Made by a program: the position numbers and the translations under genes. From NCBI RefSeq assembly GCF_006345805.1, contig NC_043008.1, positions 77,562,001 through 77,626,000 of the forward strand: a DNA stretch of 64,000 bases, written 5' to 3'. The notes under the pieces were generated by a model. It was not told where the DNA came from. It made no database searches and worked only from the letters and a program-made list of their open reading frames with translations. Below are positions 35,690 to 48,900 of the stretch, piece after piece. Numbering within the stretch: the stretch's first letter is position 1; every line of letters begins with the position of its first letter. This DNA is from Octopus sinensis (lineage: Eukaryota).

Positions 35690-37730
35690 GTTTGTCATTG
35701 CTGTAATATAGGTAACTAAAGCCCACCGTTAGTGCCAACTTACTTGCGTCGAATTCCCTATTCAGGTGTCTGATCTCTGTCCCACATCTTACTATCAGTC
35801 TACTGTTTTCATCCCTACTCACCAGGGTGCATCTAGAGTGCTTGGGCAGACTCTCACATCCCGTCAATTGCAATGACACAGGGAAGGCCATTTTTTATAT
35901 TTCGTTTCTTAACTTTTTGTTCGCGTAGTTATAAACCACCACGTGACACATTTTGGGGGTGGGGATTGGGGAATTTCGGGTACTTGGATCTCTGTGCATA
36001 TCTGTCTGGAGGGGCAGGGTGAGGGTTGGTGACTATTGGGGAAGGGTGGGACAGCGAGGCACCGGGTGAGAATCGGGTGGGGTTCACAATTTTCATTTCA
36101 GTTCTTTCTTTTCCTTCGATTTTTCTTTTCTTCGGCTGGTCTTGGTGCATTCTCAATCTGTGTTCTGGTTGCGATCTCTGTTCGCTGCAACTTCAGACTG
36201 TAGGTTCTGTACTGTATAGTTTGTTTTACTCTTTCCGTTGTCTCACTGGGAGGGGACGCCTTTACATCTTTCCCCTCCATTTTAAGCACTGCCTTGACTT
36301 TTTCCAATTCTTCCAAATATACGTCTTCAATTCTGCTCTTGACCACCTCTGCGAAGTTCTTAACTTCCATTGCCTTGTCAATCTTTTTTAGACTTTTTAC
36401 GAGATCCTCTTCGGACGAGACAACGAAAGCCCACCGTTATTGGCAACATACCTGCGTCGAATTTCCTATTGAGGTCTCTGATCTCTGTTCCGAATTTTAT
36501 TATTAGTCTATTCATTTCTTACTAACTCACCAGGCCACATCTGGAGTATTCGGGCAAACCCTCACACCCCGTCAGGTGATTTAATTTTTTAAATTTCTTT
36601 TAACCTTTTGTTCACATGGATATAAACCACTGCGTGATACATTTTTGGGGGTGGGGATTGGGGAATTTCGGGTACCTGAATATCTGTGCGTCTGTGTCTG
36701 GAGGGGCAGGGTGAGGTTTGATGACTGCCGGAAATCGGGTGAGAGCAGGGTCGGGGTTCACATTTTTCATTCCAGTTCTTTTTTCCTCCTCTTTTTCTTT
36801 TCTTCGCCCGTGTACTCCATTCTTTTCCCTCTGCCTCTTGAGTCTCTTCTTCCTTCTCCGGCTCTTCCTCGCTCACACACAACCTTGCAAGAGGTGGAGG
36901 TACGATTTTCTTCGTTGGTGCCTTTGAGGTAGGTGGAGGGCATTCTGCTTTTATGTGACATTTTTGGCCAAATTTAAAATATCGGGGCATCATGCCCTCC
37001 ACCATTATTCTCTGTTTTACTTCTTCACCAACTGTGATGGTTTCCACCATCTTCTCGTAATCCACCGGACCGGCCTAGATTATCATTTCCAGGCCCTTGC
37101 CAATTCCTTTGTGGAACCATTGGTCTGGGGGACCACAACCTTATCTTTTTTCCCCAACATGATGGCGGCTTCCAGCCAGGCAACATCCACCCCAGGGGTA
37201 TCTCTTCTACCCTAACCCTAAAAACATGTCATTCCAAGTAAATAGGTAGAAAGACTACCTCGTCCATTTTGAGGGGAGTCACGGAATGCTACCTGGCCAA
37301 AGCCTCCGACGTAAACCACACCTCTAATGTTGCATATTTCCTACCTCTAGTAAGGAAAGTCACTTCCAGCCATATTGGTCTTAGTGCCTTCTCAACCTGT
37401 GTTCTAGTTGCGATCTCTGTCCGCTGCAACTCCAGACTGTAGGTCCTGTAATGTATAGTTTGTTTTACTCTTTCCGTTGTCTCACCTTTATTCTCCTCCC
37501 TTTTAAGCATTCCCTTGAATTGTTCTAATTCTTCCAAGCATACATCTTCACTTTTGCTCTTGACCGCTTCTGCAAAGTTCTTAACTTCCTTTGCTTCGTC
37601 AATCCTTTTTAAGACTTTTTACGAGCTCCTCTTCGGACGAGACATGTCTGAGGAGCTAAGATTTTCATATTCCGCCTTCATTACCGCACTCAAACAAGGG
37701 GAAAAGCGTCAACAAAGCTACCACAAGCTG
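35690..37730 (-). mobile_element. Two tandem decayed copies of a LINE ORF1 (gag-like, probably L1/Tx1-type), each followed by a short possible ORF2 start
   Basis: Unit A ~37730-36420 and unit B ~36420-35690 share EVKNFAE...ETTERVKQTI(H/Q)YRTYSL(E/K)LQRTEIATRTQ; unit A has a degenerate knuckle PRYFKFGQKCHIKAECP and a charged tail; homologous ~170-bp post-ORF segments at ~36420-36580 and ~35710-35880. Confidence 0.6.
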
Positions 37731-38244
37731 CAAAACAAAGTGTCGTTAGACATAAAACACTTATAGAACAGTAAAAAACAATTTAACTCACGGTGTAAGA
37801 ATTCGAACTTCAAAATTCCGACAATTTCTAGTTGTTACAGAGGGATGGATTATGCTTATATAAAAATTCTTTCTTACGTATGCAGATGAGAAAATGGAGA
37901 ACAGGGAATGATGGGACAAGTATATTAACCTATTGAAACTTGAATCTAGTTAAATGGAATATTCAGAGTGCTAAAAGCTAAAAGGTTTCAAACTGCAGGT
38001 GCTCCTCTAAATTAATTATCCAATATGATTGGTTCTATAAATTTTCAAAAAAAGTGGAATGGAATTTATGAGTTCATGAGAGAATCGCACCAGAGAATTT
38101 ATTTAATGTGTTTGAATTATATGATCTAAGGATGAAATATGATTCCCTTACACATAGTCCGCATCTGTTCAAACTAGCACTATAAGGCGGGAGTGTAATT
38201 ATGGATCAGGATAAAGTATAATCTGTGTTGCTATTTCTTAGGTG

Positions 38245-38297
<53 letters not shown>

Positions 38298-38787
38298 TTT
38301 AAGTAATTGAGATTCAAGTGAATTCTAATGAATTCACATGAATATGGTCCTTAACTAGGATGCACCGGAAATCTATATGGTGTTAACCATACGACAAGTG
38401 GGGTGATTACAAATAGGAAAAAAGCAACAAGAATGGATTAAAATCTCGGTACAATTGTTTCGTACGAGGACATCTTTAATAAGCTACAAAAAATGCAGTA
38501 AATACAGATGGCTCGTACTCGTCAGCCGAAAAAACATCAGAGAATTCCCAAACATCAAAAGGGGTAGATACAAAAGAGGGTGTAAGATTAACTGCATTGA
38601 AGAAAGTTCGATTCTTGGAGATCCGACGAAAGGTCTTAAACTTACAGAATTTGTGCATGTCTACATATAGCTCATATTGAATTGCTAATCAAGTTGTGTG
38701 AAGAAATTTCGGATACAGTCATGCGAAATTTCTGAAAATCTGAGTAAGAAGCAAAGTGACTGTCATATCGTGTAGAGGAACAGATTG

Positions 38788-38828
<41 letters not shown>

Positions 38829-38833
<5 letters not shown>

Positions 38834-39990
38834 CACCTAAGAGGCGTGAGTCGTTGAGTTTTTGATAGATGTTGATAGTTAGCCTAGGATGATTAGAAGA
38901 GACGTTAATATATTACAGGGATTCATTGGGTTCTCGATATGTGTTGTATAATTCAGTATTAAGGTCCAAGGTGACGTCCCGAAAATTTACTACCTTAGAA
39001 TTAGCATAAAAAATAATGTTAAATTCGAAAACATTTAATAAAATATTCCTAGGGGAATTTTTAATCCGTTCTACCGCCGGTTGAAATAGGCCATGGGTAG
39101 CAAGGAGCGCATCATCCCCATAAAGACCTCCGAATAGAATTGGAAAGCTACTTTTAATTTGGGAGAGGAGATAAAGGCCACCAAGTCCGTCACCTGTGCC
39201 GAATCTGACGAACCCATAGTTGTATCATAATAGTCCGTAGACTGATCTAATCCAGTAGAACCCATAGTTGTATCATAATAGTCCGTAGACTCCGATCTAA
39301 TCAAGTAATGCTCTGTAAAGTTAATAAGGGTTTTTCTGGCTGCCAAAATTATGTCAATATCTGATCTAGGGATATTAGTAAAGTTGAGGGCAGAAATTAA
39401 GGCTTCGTTTAAAAGTATAGGAGAGATAGAGGCGTAATAATTGGGAATATCAAACTGAATAAAACGGATACGTTGCTTATCTTCGAGGGAATCGAATCAA
39501 GTGATCGCATCGCCGGTAGAGCACCATAAAGGGAGTTTGTCATCATTTTTAACAAGGGGTAATCCTGTCGATAATGCATTTGCCAACTTTGCCCAAATCA
39601 GACTTAGTTGGAGAAATAAGTCTAATGGAAGGTTTAGATTGGAAATTAGGTTTGTGGTCTATTAAAATGCAGTGAGGTTTTCAGTGTGTATGGCCGAGTC
39701 CTTTCCAGGCTTGAGAGAAGATTATAATAGATGTTGTTAATGTCGTCCAATCCGGTATTTTTGCGTATTTGTAACTGGTATTTAATTCCTTAAGCATTTG
39801 GTCGTTATGCATATCCAACGGCACCGAGTAAATATTTACAGTTTTATCAAATAATATAAATAAGTCCGGTGAAGATCTTATTTTTTGAGATGTTTTCCGA
39901 AAGTGTTTTCTGGAAGGAATTGGTATACTTGGAAAATTTTAAATCTTTATAAGATTCATAAGTTCCTTCTCAAAATTTACTCATATATAT
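38829..39990 (-). mobile_element. Penelope-like element reverse-transcriptase remnant
   Basis: Minus strand in order: FEKELMNL, DKTVNIY, DHKPNFQSKPSIRLISPTKSDLGKVGK, RFIQFDIPNYYASIS, ILAARKTL, YDTTMGSSDSAQVTDLV, GLYGDDAL, VVNFRDVTLDLNT...YINVSSNHP. A ~48-bp internal duplication around TMGS; truncated before any GIY-YIG domain. Confidence 0.85.
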
Positions 39991-40009
39991 TTCCTTAAAC
40001 AAATACCCG

Positions 40010-40080
<71 letters not shown>

Positions 40081-40312
40081 CCTCCGTGTGTACCGTTGGC
40101 GATTTTTTCCTCTGTCTTCCCTTCTCTGGATCTTTCCTTCTCCTATGTTTCCGACGAAGAGCTCCGTTCGAAACGTTAAACCCTCCTTCTTTCCTTCTTT
40201 CCTGAGCGTCCAATAATACTATATTTGTTCCACGTCCTCGTGTTGTGTTTTTTTGTGCTTTCTTGTTTGGATTAACTATATATATATATATCTTATATTT
40301 TGTATGTCGATA

Positions 40313-40365
<53 letters not shown>

Positions 40366-40644
40366 ATATATATATAGTTAATCCAAACATGAAAGTACAA
40401 AAAAAAAACACAACAACGCGAGGACGTGGAACAAATATAATATTATTGGACACTCAGGAAAGAAGGAAAGAAGGAGGTTTTAACGCTTCGAGCGGAGCTC
40501 TTCGTCGGAAACATAGGAGAAGGAAAGATCCAGAGAAGAGAAGACAGAGGAAAAAATCGCCAACGGTACACACGCGGTCACAAGAAAATACATATGAGTA
40601 AATTTTGAGAAGGAACTTATGAATCTTATAAAGATTTAAAATTT
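39934..40644. repeat. Inverted repeat of a pLTR-like segment (family H4) joined to PLE ORF sequence, centred on (TA)n
   Basis: ~40085-40287 and ~40376-40575 are reverse complements, as are 39934-39990 and ~40590-40644. Hammerhead-like gttt-ccgacga-a-gagc-tcc-gttc-gaaa-cg-tt-aaac at 40147-40181 (+) and a variant at 40477-40512 (-). Confidence 0.8.
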
Positions 40645-40691
40645 ACTAGGAGGGGACACCTTTATATCGTTAAAAGACACACACACACACA

Positions 40692-40750
<59 letters not shown>

Positions 40751-41458
40751 CACACACACACAAATATATATATATAAACATATATATGCATGTATATATA
40801 TATACATGCATATATATATGTATACACTCACACCCATATATATATATACATGTATGTATGTATGTATGTATGTATGTATGTATGCATGTGTGTGAGAGAA
40901 GCCATCTGAGAATTTTTTGTTAGTGTGTTGAAATAAATATTGTTGTATAAATTGCGTTCAGATATGCACAAACACATGTTTGCATTCAGTTCTACATACA
41001 CTTATGTACTTGTATGAAAATTCATGTGTAGGTTCTCTCTCACATATATACTCACTCACTCTGTGCATACAAACACACGCACAAATATGTTGATATAGTA
41101 TAATTGTGTTTCTATTTTATGATAATTTACATAACACACAAGCAGTGAGTTGTACATATTTATGAATGCAAAAAAGCATATCAAAAATATATACAACATC
41201 GCAGATGCATATGCGTATTTTTAAAATCATACACGCACGCTTTATTAAAAAAAAAGTGTAACATTTTTTTTAATACTTTGAATTATTTTTTATCATAAAT
41301 GGCCTAAATGTTTTTCTCATAACAGGTAACCCAAAATTTATTCGTGTGCGTGTATGTATGTGTGTGTACATGTATATGTACGTAAATGTATGTGTATGTT
41401 AATGTTTGAGTTGATATGTGAATATGGGTATGTAAATGTGTGTTGGGGTAGGGGTGGA

Positions 41459-41489
<31 letters not shown>

Positions 41490-43217
41490 ACGCGCGCGCG
41501 CAAATTCTCAGGAAGGTACCATGTCCCACGCAGGTTCAGAGATCTCATTCTGGAATATTATAACAGTCCGAAGGTTCCCGTTGTCTCCACAACATGAAAG
41601 TGATACGATTTTGATAAAAGTGATACGATTTTGATAAAAGTGTTATTTTGATAAAAGTATTTCAGTGACCATTTTCGCGCTTGCGATGAACATGTTGATA
41701 AAGTTAGCAGTAGAGCGCCCACCATATTCTGGCAGCTAGTTATTAGGGCTTTTATGGATGATTTGGGCGCGCACGTGTTTCAACCTAGTCAAGTCCAGAT
41801 ATTTTGTGCTCAGCAAAAACAGAATTAGAAGCAGGTTCTGGTTTTCGGTCAATAGCGTACAGACACCATTCATCACCGAGAAACATGTGAAGAATCTAGG
41901 ATGGATGCTTAACAGCAGTTGAGATATACATCATCCATTCATAAAACCAACAAAGAATTGAAAACCTATCTAAACAAATTGGACATGTTATATTTTTCTG
42001 ACACTTTTAAGCTTGAATCCGCCAACATGTGATCCTTTCACATATTCTTTAACTGTTCTTGGTACGAGGGCCCAATATTCACTATGAGGGTCTTTGAAAG
42101 AAAACTGTTTTATGTGGAAACGGCTGGGACTTCCTCAGTGTCTGAGCAGCATCACCCTGTATGGAAGGCTAAGTCAAAACTTCTTAGAAGCAGCTTGAGA
42201 GAGGTGTTTCGTGTTGGGAAGTTGTAGCAATGCGGAGATTCCTGTGACCTGAAGTCTCCCAAGCTGGCGCTGAGGCCAGAACAGGGCAGAAGTAGAGGAG
42301 CAGTGTCAAGGCTATAGATAGCAGTGGAGGCTGTCAAGATTACAAAGTCGTAACTAAATACATTGAGCTCCTGAGCATTGTATCTCGCTATAACGAGGTT
42401 CAGGGAAAGGACTGGCGGCTTGCAGTTCGAAATTAGGCGCGAGTATCGATTGACGAACGAACCAGCAAGTGTGTTAGATGAAGCGCCAGGGAGCCTAGCT
42501 AAGATGGAAGACCAAGCGGTGAAACCCAAGTCGGCTGAAGTTTGGATAAAATTCTAGATCTAGGCGGTCCTGGCGAGCCCATCCAGTTTGGCCAGCTAAG
42601 TTGTAGTTACTAGCATGCTCTTTGTCCTATTTAGAGGGATGTTACCCTTGAAGGCACGACAAGGTCTTTAAAGGTCATAGCAGACAAAGTGAGATTAGCC
42701 ATTGCAAGTGCCAACGAAGAAGAGTATCAGTTTTGTCAGGACTTTCGTGACGATGCTAGATACCAGGTTCGCCTCCCGAGATTTGCATGTAATATCAAAA
42801 GATTGAGAGTTGAATGTCGACCTGGGAAAACAGCTGCAGTTACCCGAAACTGTCGCCTCAACTGCGCACATGCACGCCCGCGCGCACGAACACACACACA
42901 TGCACACACCGATTTGTGGTCATTCTGGAGCATCGTCTTCTTGGTTGTAGTTGCTCACATCGACTACACTTATTTTATACTGATATTTATAGTTTTATTG
43001 AATATGTTTATTAAATTGTTAAGTTACACTCTGTTTTTCACAACACAGTGCTTTACATAAAACGTAGACACGGACACATACATAAACACACATACACGCA
43101 TGCACACACACGTATATGCATATTTACATGCAGAAATGGAGATATATAGGCCATAGATTAAGAAGATCAGCGAGACGTTCAGCAAGATATGTCTTAGTTT
43201 AGAACCCAAAAGAGAAT

Positions 43218-43320
43218 TGCTAGGAGGTCCGGGGATAAGCTGAAGGAATTGAAGACGGTAGAGGTGACATGGAACCAAGTGAAAAGAAAAAGTACAGAGT
43301 AGAATATAATGGGAAACTGC
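43218..43320. repeat. Unidentified dispersed repeat, also at ~46078-46180
   Basis: ctgaaggaa(t/c)tgaagacgg...gaaccaagtgaaaagaaaa...acagag(t/c)agaatat shared, roughly three-quarters identical by eye. Confidence 0.6.
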
Positions 43321-44952
43321 AGTGAAGAGCCTATGTTTACCCCTGGAAAACAAAATGGTGTTATTGCTTAGTTTTCGTCTACTGAGATCCACATATAAGG
43401 GGAATGTCAACTTGAGACTATGGAAAAAGCACATACCCAAAGTGTACGTAATGGGAATGAACCCGAAACAAAGTCTATATGCTATTTTAGTAATGTAGTG
43501 TGGTTCACAATGTTAAATAGCATAATGATAATAACCAGGGAAAGGTCTGAAAGTTTATTAGTCTCCTTTTTTAACCGATTTTTCTTGATCAAATGCTAAG
43601 TGTAGTAAAAGTATGGTATATATTTATTACAAGGAATTAGTTGTAGATATTACCTTCTTAATTAAATAACTGGAAGTTATTCAAGTTTAGCTCTATAAAC
43701 GTTACCCGGAAATCCGTTGACAAATATTACTACATTCACTTGTTAGTTTTTAAATTGAATGCAGGAGTTGGTGAAACAAAAACCTTTTTATGTCCACTTC
43801 AAAGATTCGTTTAATAGCTATTCTTTCTTTTAGTGACTGTGTAAAAGAAGAAATAGTTTAATTTCAGTTGTTTGATGGCTACCAGTGATAAAATTGCTTT
43901 GAACTCTATAAATGTTATTATTTAACACATGTACTAAAAGTGCCGCAACGGTTAGCCAATGCAGGATTGCAGTGTGATGAGTGTAAACAAGACGACGCTT
44001 ACATTTTCTTTGACAAGAGCCTCACTGTTTTGAAAAGAGATCGAGCAACTTCATAAAATCAGTAATTTGCGGAATTCTAGATTATCTTGTGCTTATGAAT
44101 GAGGAAGTAATATATTGCATCACCATCAAAACACTGAAATAGCAGGAGTGACTTTAGTTTCTATTTCAAAGACTTATATAACCAAACAAACACTAAATAA
44201 GTTCTCAGCTTTAGAAACTCAACACTGTGACACGTCATGTTCCACACTAATATGGAAATAAACTTTAATTTGCATTGCAGTTGGCTTAGTGTTGAATTGC
44301 AAACGCTAATGAGATGATGTCAGAGCTTATTTGTATATAATTCTTTATTTGCTGAAACTAGCACATACCAAAGTGAAATCCGTACAATTTCCCCAAGATA
44401 TATTGCCATTAGGTATTGCAGCTAGCTTCGCCCTATAATTCTACCGTAATCAGACATTACCAAGAAACATATCAGAAGACATCTGTGCATTATTCTATAA
44501 CTCGCCGTTTCATTCATGGGTAACTGTGCCATTGATGTTTAGTCGTATGTGATAGTATTTTTTATTTGGTAGAAGTGTGAAACTCTTATCAGTTTTAGCA
44601 GCAGCTACAACGGCAACCTCACAACAGGCAGAGAAACCAATCGAGGGAGTCTCTAGGGATGCTAATAACCTACTAGCTAAATTAGTAAACGGATCACTAG
44701 ATAATTTATTTCGAATATATCTTAGAAAATGACAAGATGTTTAAGATTGAAATACTAGTCAACGACTGTTTGATCAACTTCGAACATACGTATGTTCGAT
44801 CAGTTCTGATCGAGCATGTCACAGATCGGTTCAATCAGGTGTGATATGAACAAAAACAACAACAACAACATGTAATTTGATCAAAAATTCGTCATATATG
44901 ACAGTTTTCATCAATGTTTGAGGAAGACTGTCCAATGACGAATTTCTTCAAA

Positions 44953-45168
44953 GGCAGCGAGCTGGCAGAAACGTTAGCACTCCAAGCAAAATGCTTTGCA
45001 GCATTTCGTCCACCTTCACGTTCTGAGTTCAAATTCCGCTGTGGTTGACTTTGCATTTCATCCTTTTCGGGGTTGATGAAATAAGTACCAGTTGAACACT
45101 GGGGTCGATGTAATCGACTTACCTCTTTTCCCAAAATTTCTGGCTTTGTGTCAGAATTTGAAAGCAAT
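44953..45168 (+). mobile_element. tRNA-derived SINE (family S2) with 18-bp TSD
   Basis: ggcagcgagctggcagaaacgttagc head, gagttcaaattcc B-box-like, gaaataagtacc...ctggggtcgatgtaatcgact; atga(c/t)gaatttcttcaaa repeated at 44935-44952 and 45169-45186. Confidence 0.88.
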
Positions 45169-48100
45169 ATGATGAATTTCTTCAAACGTTGTTAATATTT
45201 TAACAAACAGTAGTAGAACTGGGCTTCAAACACACAAAAAAAGAATTGTATAGGAATGTAATCTAAATTAAGTAACTATTCTTCAGTAGGTAAACTGAGT
45301 CAGTGATTGGTGTCCACAAGTACATCGAAAACTCTGTAGAGAAATAGGAACTCATGACTGCTAATCTAATACCTACTCAATCGTTCGACTCTACCTCATA
45401 TAATTGTCTCAAGGTTGAGCGGTTTATTCCCTGACTTCTCTTCAGACTGGTGTAGCTATAAGAAGACGTATATCCGTGTCAATTCTATCGCTAAAGACCA
45501 CCAGCAGCTTAGAGCATTTAAGGTATATGACTGATACTTCCATTTGTCTGGTCCATATAGAGAAATTATACAGCAATTACTAAGCTTTTTTCAGTTATCA
45601 ATATCACAGAGAATGGGGAGGTAGAGAAAAAAGAAAGAGAAGTTGCAAAAATAAACAGATTTCGAGACCTTTTGAAATGATTATAGAATGGTATTGGAGT
45701 TGACAAGACATTAGAGAACACTGCTTGATACTTCAATTTGAGTATTATTTCATTGTGTTATGACCGGATTCTGATGGGATTTCATTTTCATCCTGCTGAA
45801 GTTAACTCCAGCTTAATTTCCATCGAGCTGACAGCTGTGACGATCGTGAGTTTTGCAAATCTCGGACTACATTAAACTTGTAATTAAGAAATGATATAAA
45901 TTTAATCTTCTGATGCCAAGTTTATTCGATCTGGAGTGAATAGAATTGTTTAGAGATGCAGAATGAGATTGTGTGTGTGTGTTTGTAGGATGTGGTGCAC
46001 AATGTCCAGGTTTGACTAAGAAAACAGTTTACAAACATGTAGGGTACTAACATGTGGATTGGCGCCCAGCAGAGATCTGCTGGGATGCCTAAGGATCACC
46101 TGAAGGAACTGAAGACGGCAGAGATTACATTGAACCAAGTGAAAAGAAAATCACAGAGCAGAATATGATGGAAAACAGCTAAAATAGGCAGAAAGTAAGT
46201 GAAGTTAATATAGTAGCTGTAACAAATAACAGCACAATGATTCGTCTGGGTTTTAGATTTGTTGTTCAGAGAAGTTATATCCGACGAGAGACTGGCCAGC
46301 CGCTCAGTTGTTTATAATACCAATAATCAAGGGAAGCAAATCTATTTTTCCCGAAACTGGGAGATGTATTTAATGATCGATTTCGACTGTTTATATGAGG
46401 AACGCAATAATTGTTTGGATATTGAAAAGAATTCTGTTGAATGTGATTTATTTCACTGCTCATTTGGTGAACTTCTATGATATTGGCTAAAATGAATACA
46501 ATAAACGCAAAGTCTCTAGTGAAGTAGTAACAGAATATGATTGTGTAATTAGAGGTTAATAATAGGAATATGAATAATTATCTATTAATAATAATATTAA
46601 TAATTTGTTTCAGCTTTTTTGACCGATTTTAAAAACAGAGTTAAGAAATTGGGATTTTAATTAAATTTTCGTTATTACTGAGGATGATAAATTTGATCCT
46701 TTATGCATGGTGTATGCAATCATGATCACTTTGAATCTTAACGTTACTAAATCTGTTTTAGGTTAGGCCTTTGTATCGTTTCTCCAAGCAGTTCTGCTTG
46801 TCCGTTAATTATTTTTAACGTTGTCGATCTTGCTATTTTTCAGAAACTATGGATTTGACCTCAGTCGGAGTTATTCTTAGTTATTAAATCTTAAATCAGA
46901 TTAATCTGGATATTTGTGTATTTCCAAATTGTTACAAAGTTATTAATCTTCTTGTGAGTAAACTACACTGATATATCTTTCAGTTGCAAGTTCTGATATA
47001 GATTATTTTCTGTGAAAACTTTTAAGTTTTCGTCATTAATCGCTTATTTCTATTATTACTATTGATAACATCCTTTTCATAGTCCTACTCACTACAACTG
47101 AAAAATGTGTATTTAAAGTACAATCCAAGAAAACAAAATGACCGGCCGTCAGCTTAAATGCTTCTCAATTTCTTTTTTTCTATATTTTTAAAATCTCGTT
47201 GACGCTTTTATAGAAACCTTGGTATTTTTCCTGTGACAACAGAAGAGACAAAGTTATTTCTGAAAGAATACAGAATATAGCCCAAAATAATAAAAAAAGC
47301 AAGAGTAAATAGTTGACAAGTGTTCCTTAGTCAATTTTTTAGTTCAATATGTAGTCACCGTACTTGTTTAGTATCTTATAAAAACCACGTTACTTTTTGT
47401 ATGTGTACACACGAAGCTTTTCGCGAAGACATGCACTAATGTCTGTTAAATAATTTGTATAGAAACCTTTATTACTCCTTTACTGACGTGCTACTATTTA
47501 TTGTATCATGATTGATGGCTTGTTAGTGATTCTGAAACGCTTTCAGCTTCACATATCGACAAAATACTGGTTTGGTCAAATGTTTATAACACCTGTATGG
47601 CATTTTATTGAATTATCGTAAGAATTTATGAAAAGAATTGACATAATTACTTTACATACAGGATTGATTAATTTAGGTTTTAACGTCATTTCCATACCAC
47701 ACATGAAAATTGCCTTGAAATTTACACTATCGAGGTAACCGGTTCTTGGTACTGATGGGCAATATATTACCCTGGATTCCACTTTCTTCATTGAAACAGA
47801 GTATATGTTTCAATGGAGATATTTTCACAAAGTTTTTATATTCAGTTTCAATATGAAACTCGCAGTAGCAACGAGTGAATTATTAGCTTCGAGCCAGTAA
47901 ATAAACTCTCTTAGATGTATTCAGCGCTCTTGCTTTTGTGAGTACATCTAAAAGTATACATATTTACATACAAATATCAATTTACCTACCTATATGCCTG
48001 TCTCCGTCTGCCTGATAACCTGTTTGTCTATTAAGACTATGTTCTACTGGCGTCTCTAAACCGAGGACAAAAGGCGTTCATAGCCGTCTCCCATCACTGA

Positions 48101-48599
48101 AACAAACATTAGTAGTTGATCTCTTCTAATCATGTTAATCGAAACGTGAATTTTTTTTAATTTCCGGAAATTATCTCCCCTTCTTATACAAAGTTGTTAA
48201 CAATAATTGTGAAGTTTGTTTTCTTTATCCGTTCCTCGGAGAAATTTTTGTAAATTAAGAATCTTCTTGAGCAGCATTTAGGGTACTTTCGATCGACTTT
48301 GTGATCCAATTTAATATCATTGGTCTTTTTTAGACTATATTATTTTAGTTGCTTTTCATCTGTAACGGGAATAGGATGCTTCTTGCACTTTTAGGGTGAA
48401 AATGGTGCATTCAATTTCCGTTGCTTAAATTTCCAGATTCTACCAGTCAAAGAACTCAAAACGCAACATTAAAAATATATATTCTTTATTGTTCTTATAA
48501 CAGTACGAAATAAGGTGTTATTTGGTTCCGCTTGGTATGGATGTGTCAGAGCTGAAACTTTAACGCTTGTAAGAAACTTACAAGTAGTTCAGCATCAAA

Positions 48600-48900
48600 A
48601 CAGAGCTGGTCAAATATGGCGTCCTTAGGGAGCGAAGAAAATAGGCGTCTGCAACAATTTGGTGTGGGCAGCCTTCTGTCCTTCTGTCCGACTGCTACGT
48701 GTCTCTGTACCCTTTCTGGTCAAAGTTTTTACGCTCCCTTGCCTATCAGCTAAATGCCACATCATCTTTCCCTTCTTCCGGTCTTCGCGCATGCGGGAGA
48801 GGGCCCTTCCCTTCTGCCTCTACAGAAGGCTCCAAACTCCGCACACGCGAACTGAAATGGCGTTAGCGCGCGGCGCGCGCTGTTGGAATAGCGTCACTAC
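48600..48900. promoter_or_regulatory. CpG-rich, putative bidirectional housekeeping promoter
   Basis: Local CpG enrichment; NRF1-type gcgcatgcg (48787-95); ETS-type ccggaag (minus, ~48775-81); YY1-type aaatggcg (48855-62) and aatatggcg (~48613-21); GTAAGT donor on minus at 48581. Confidence 0.55.

Noticed and set aside
37850-38700. Faint resemblance to KRBA2/integrase-like transposase (YEDIFNKL, LFNV...GG)
   Set aside because: Too degenerate to support by eye.
41590-41660. 19-bp tandem repeat aaagtgatacgattttgat as a CRISPR-like array
   Set aside because: Adjacent copies without spacers in eukaryotic DNA; simple slippage duplication.
44777-44794. Perfect 18-bp palindrome cgaacatacgtatgttcg
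   Set aside because: Too short to interpret without copy-number data.
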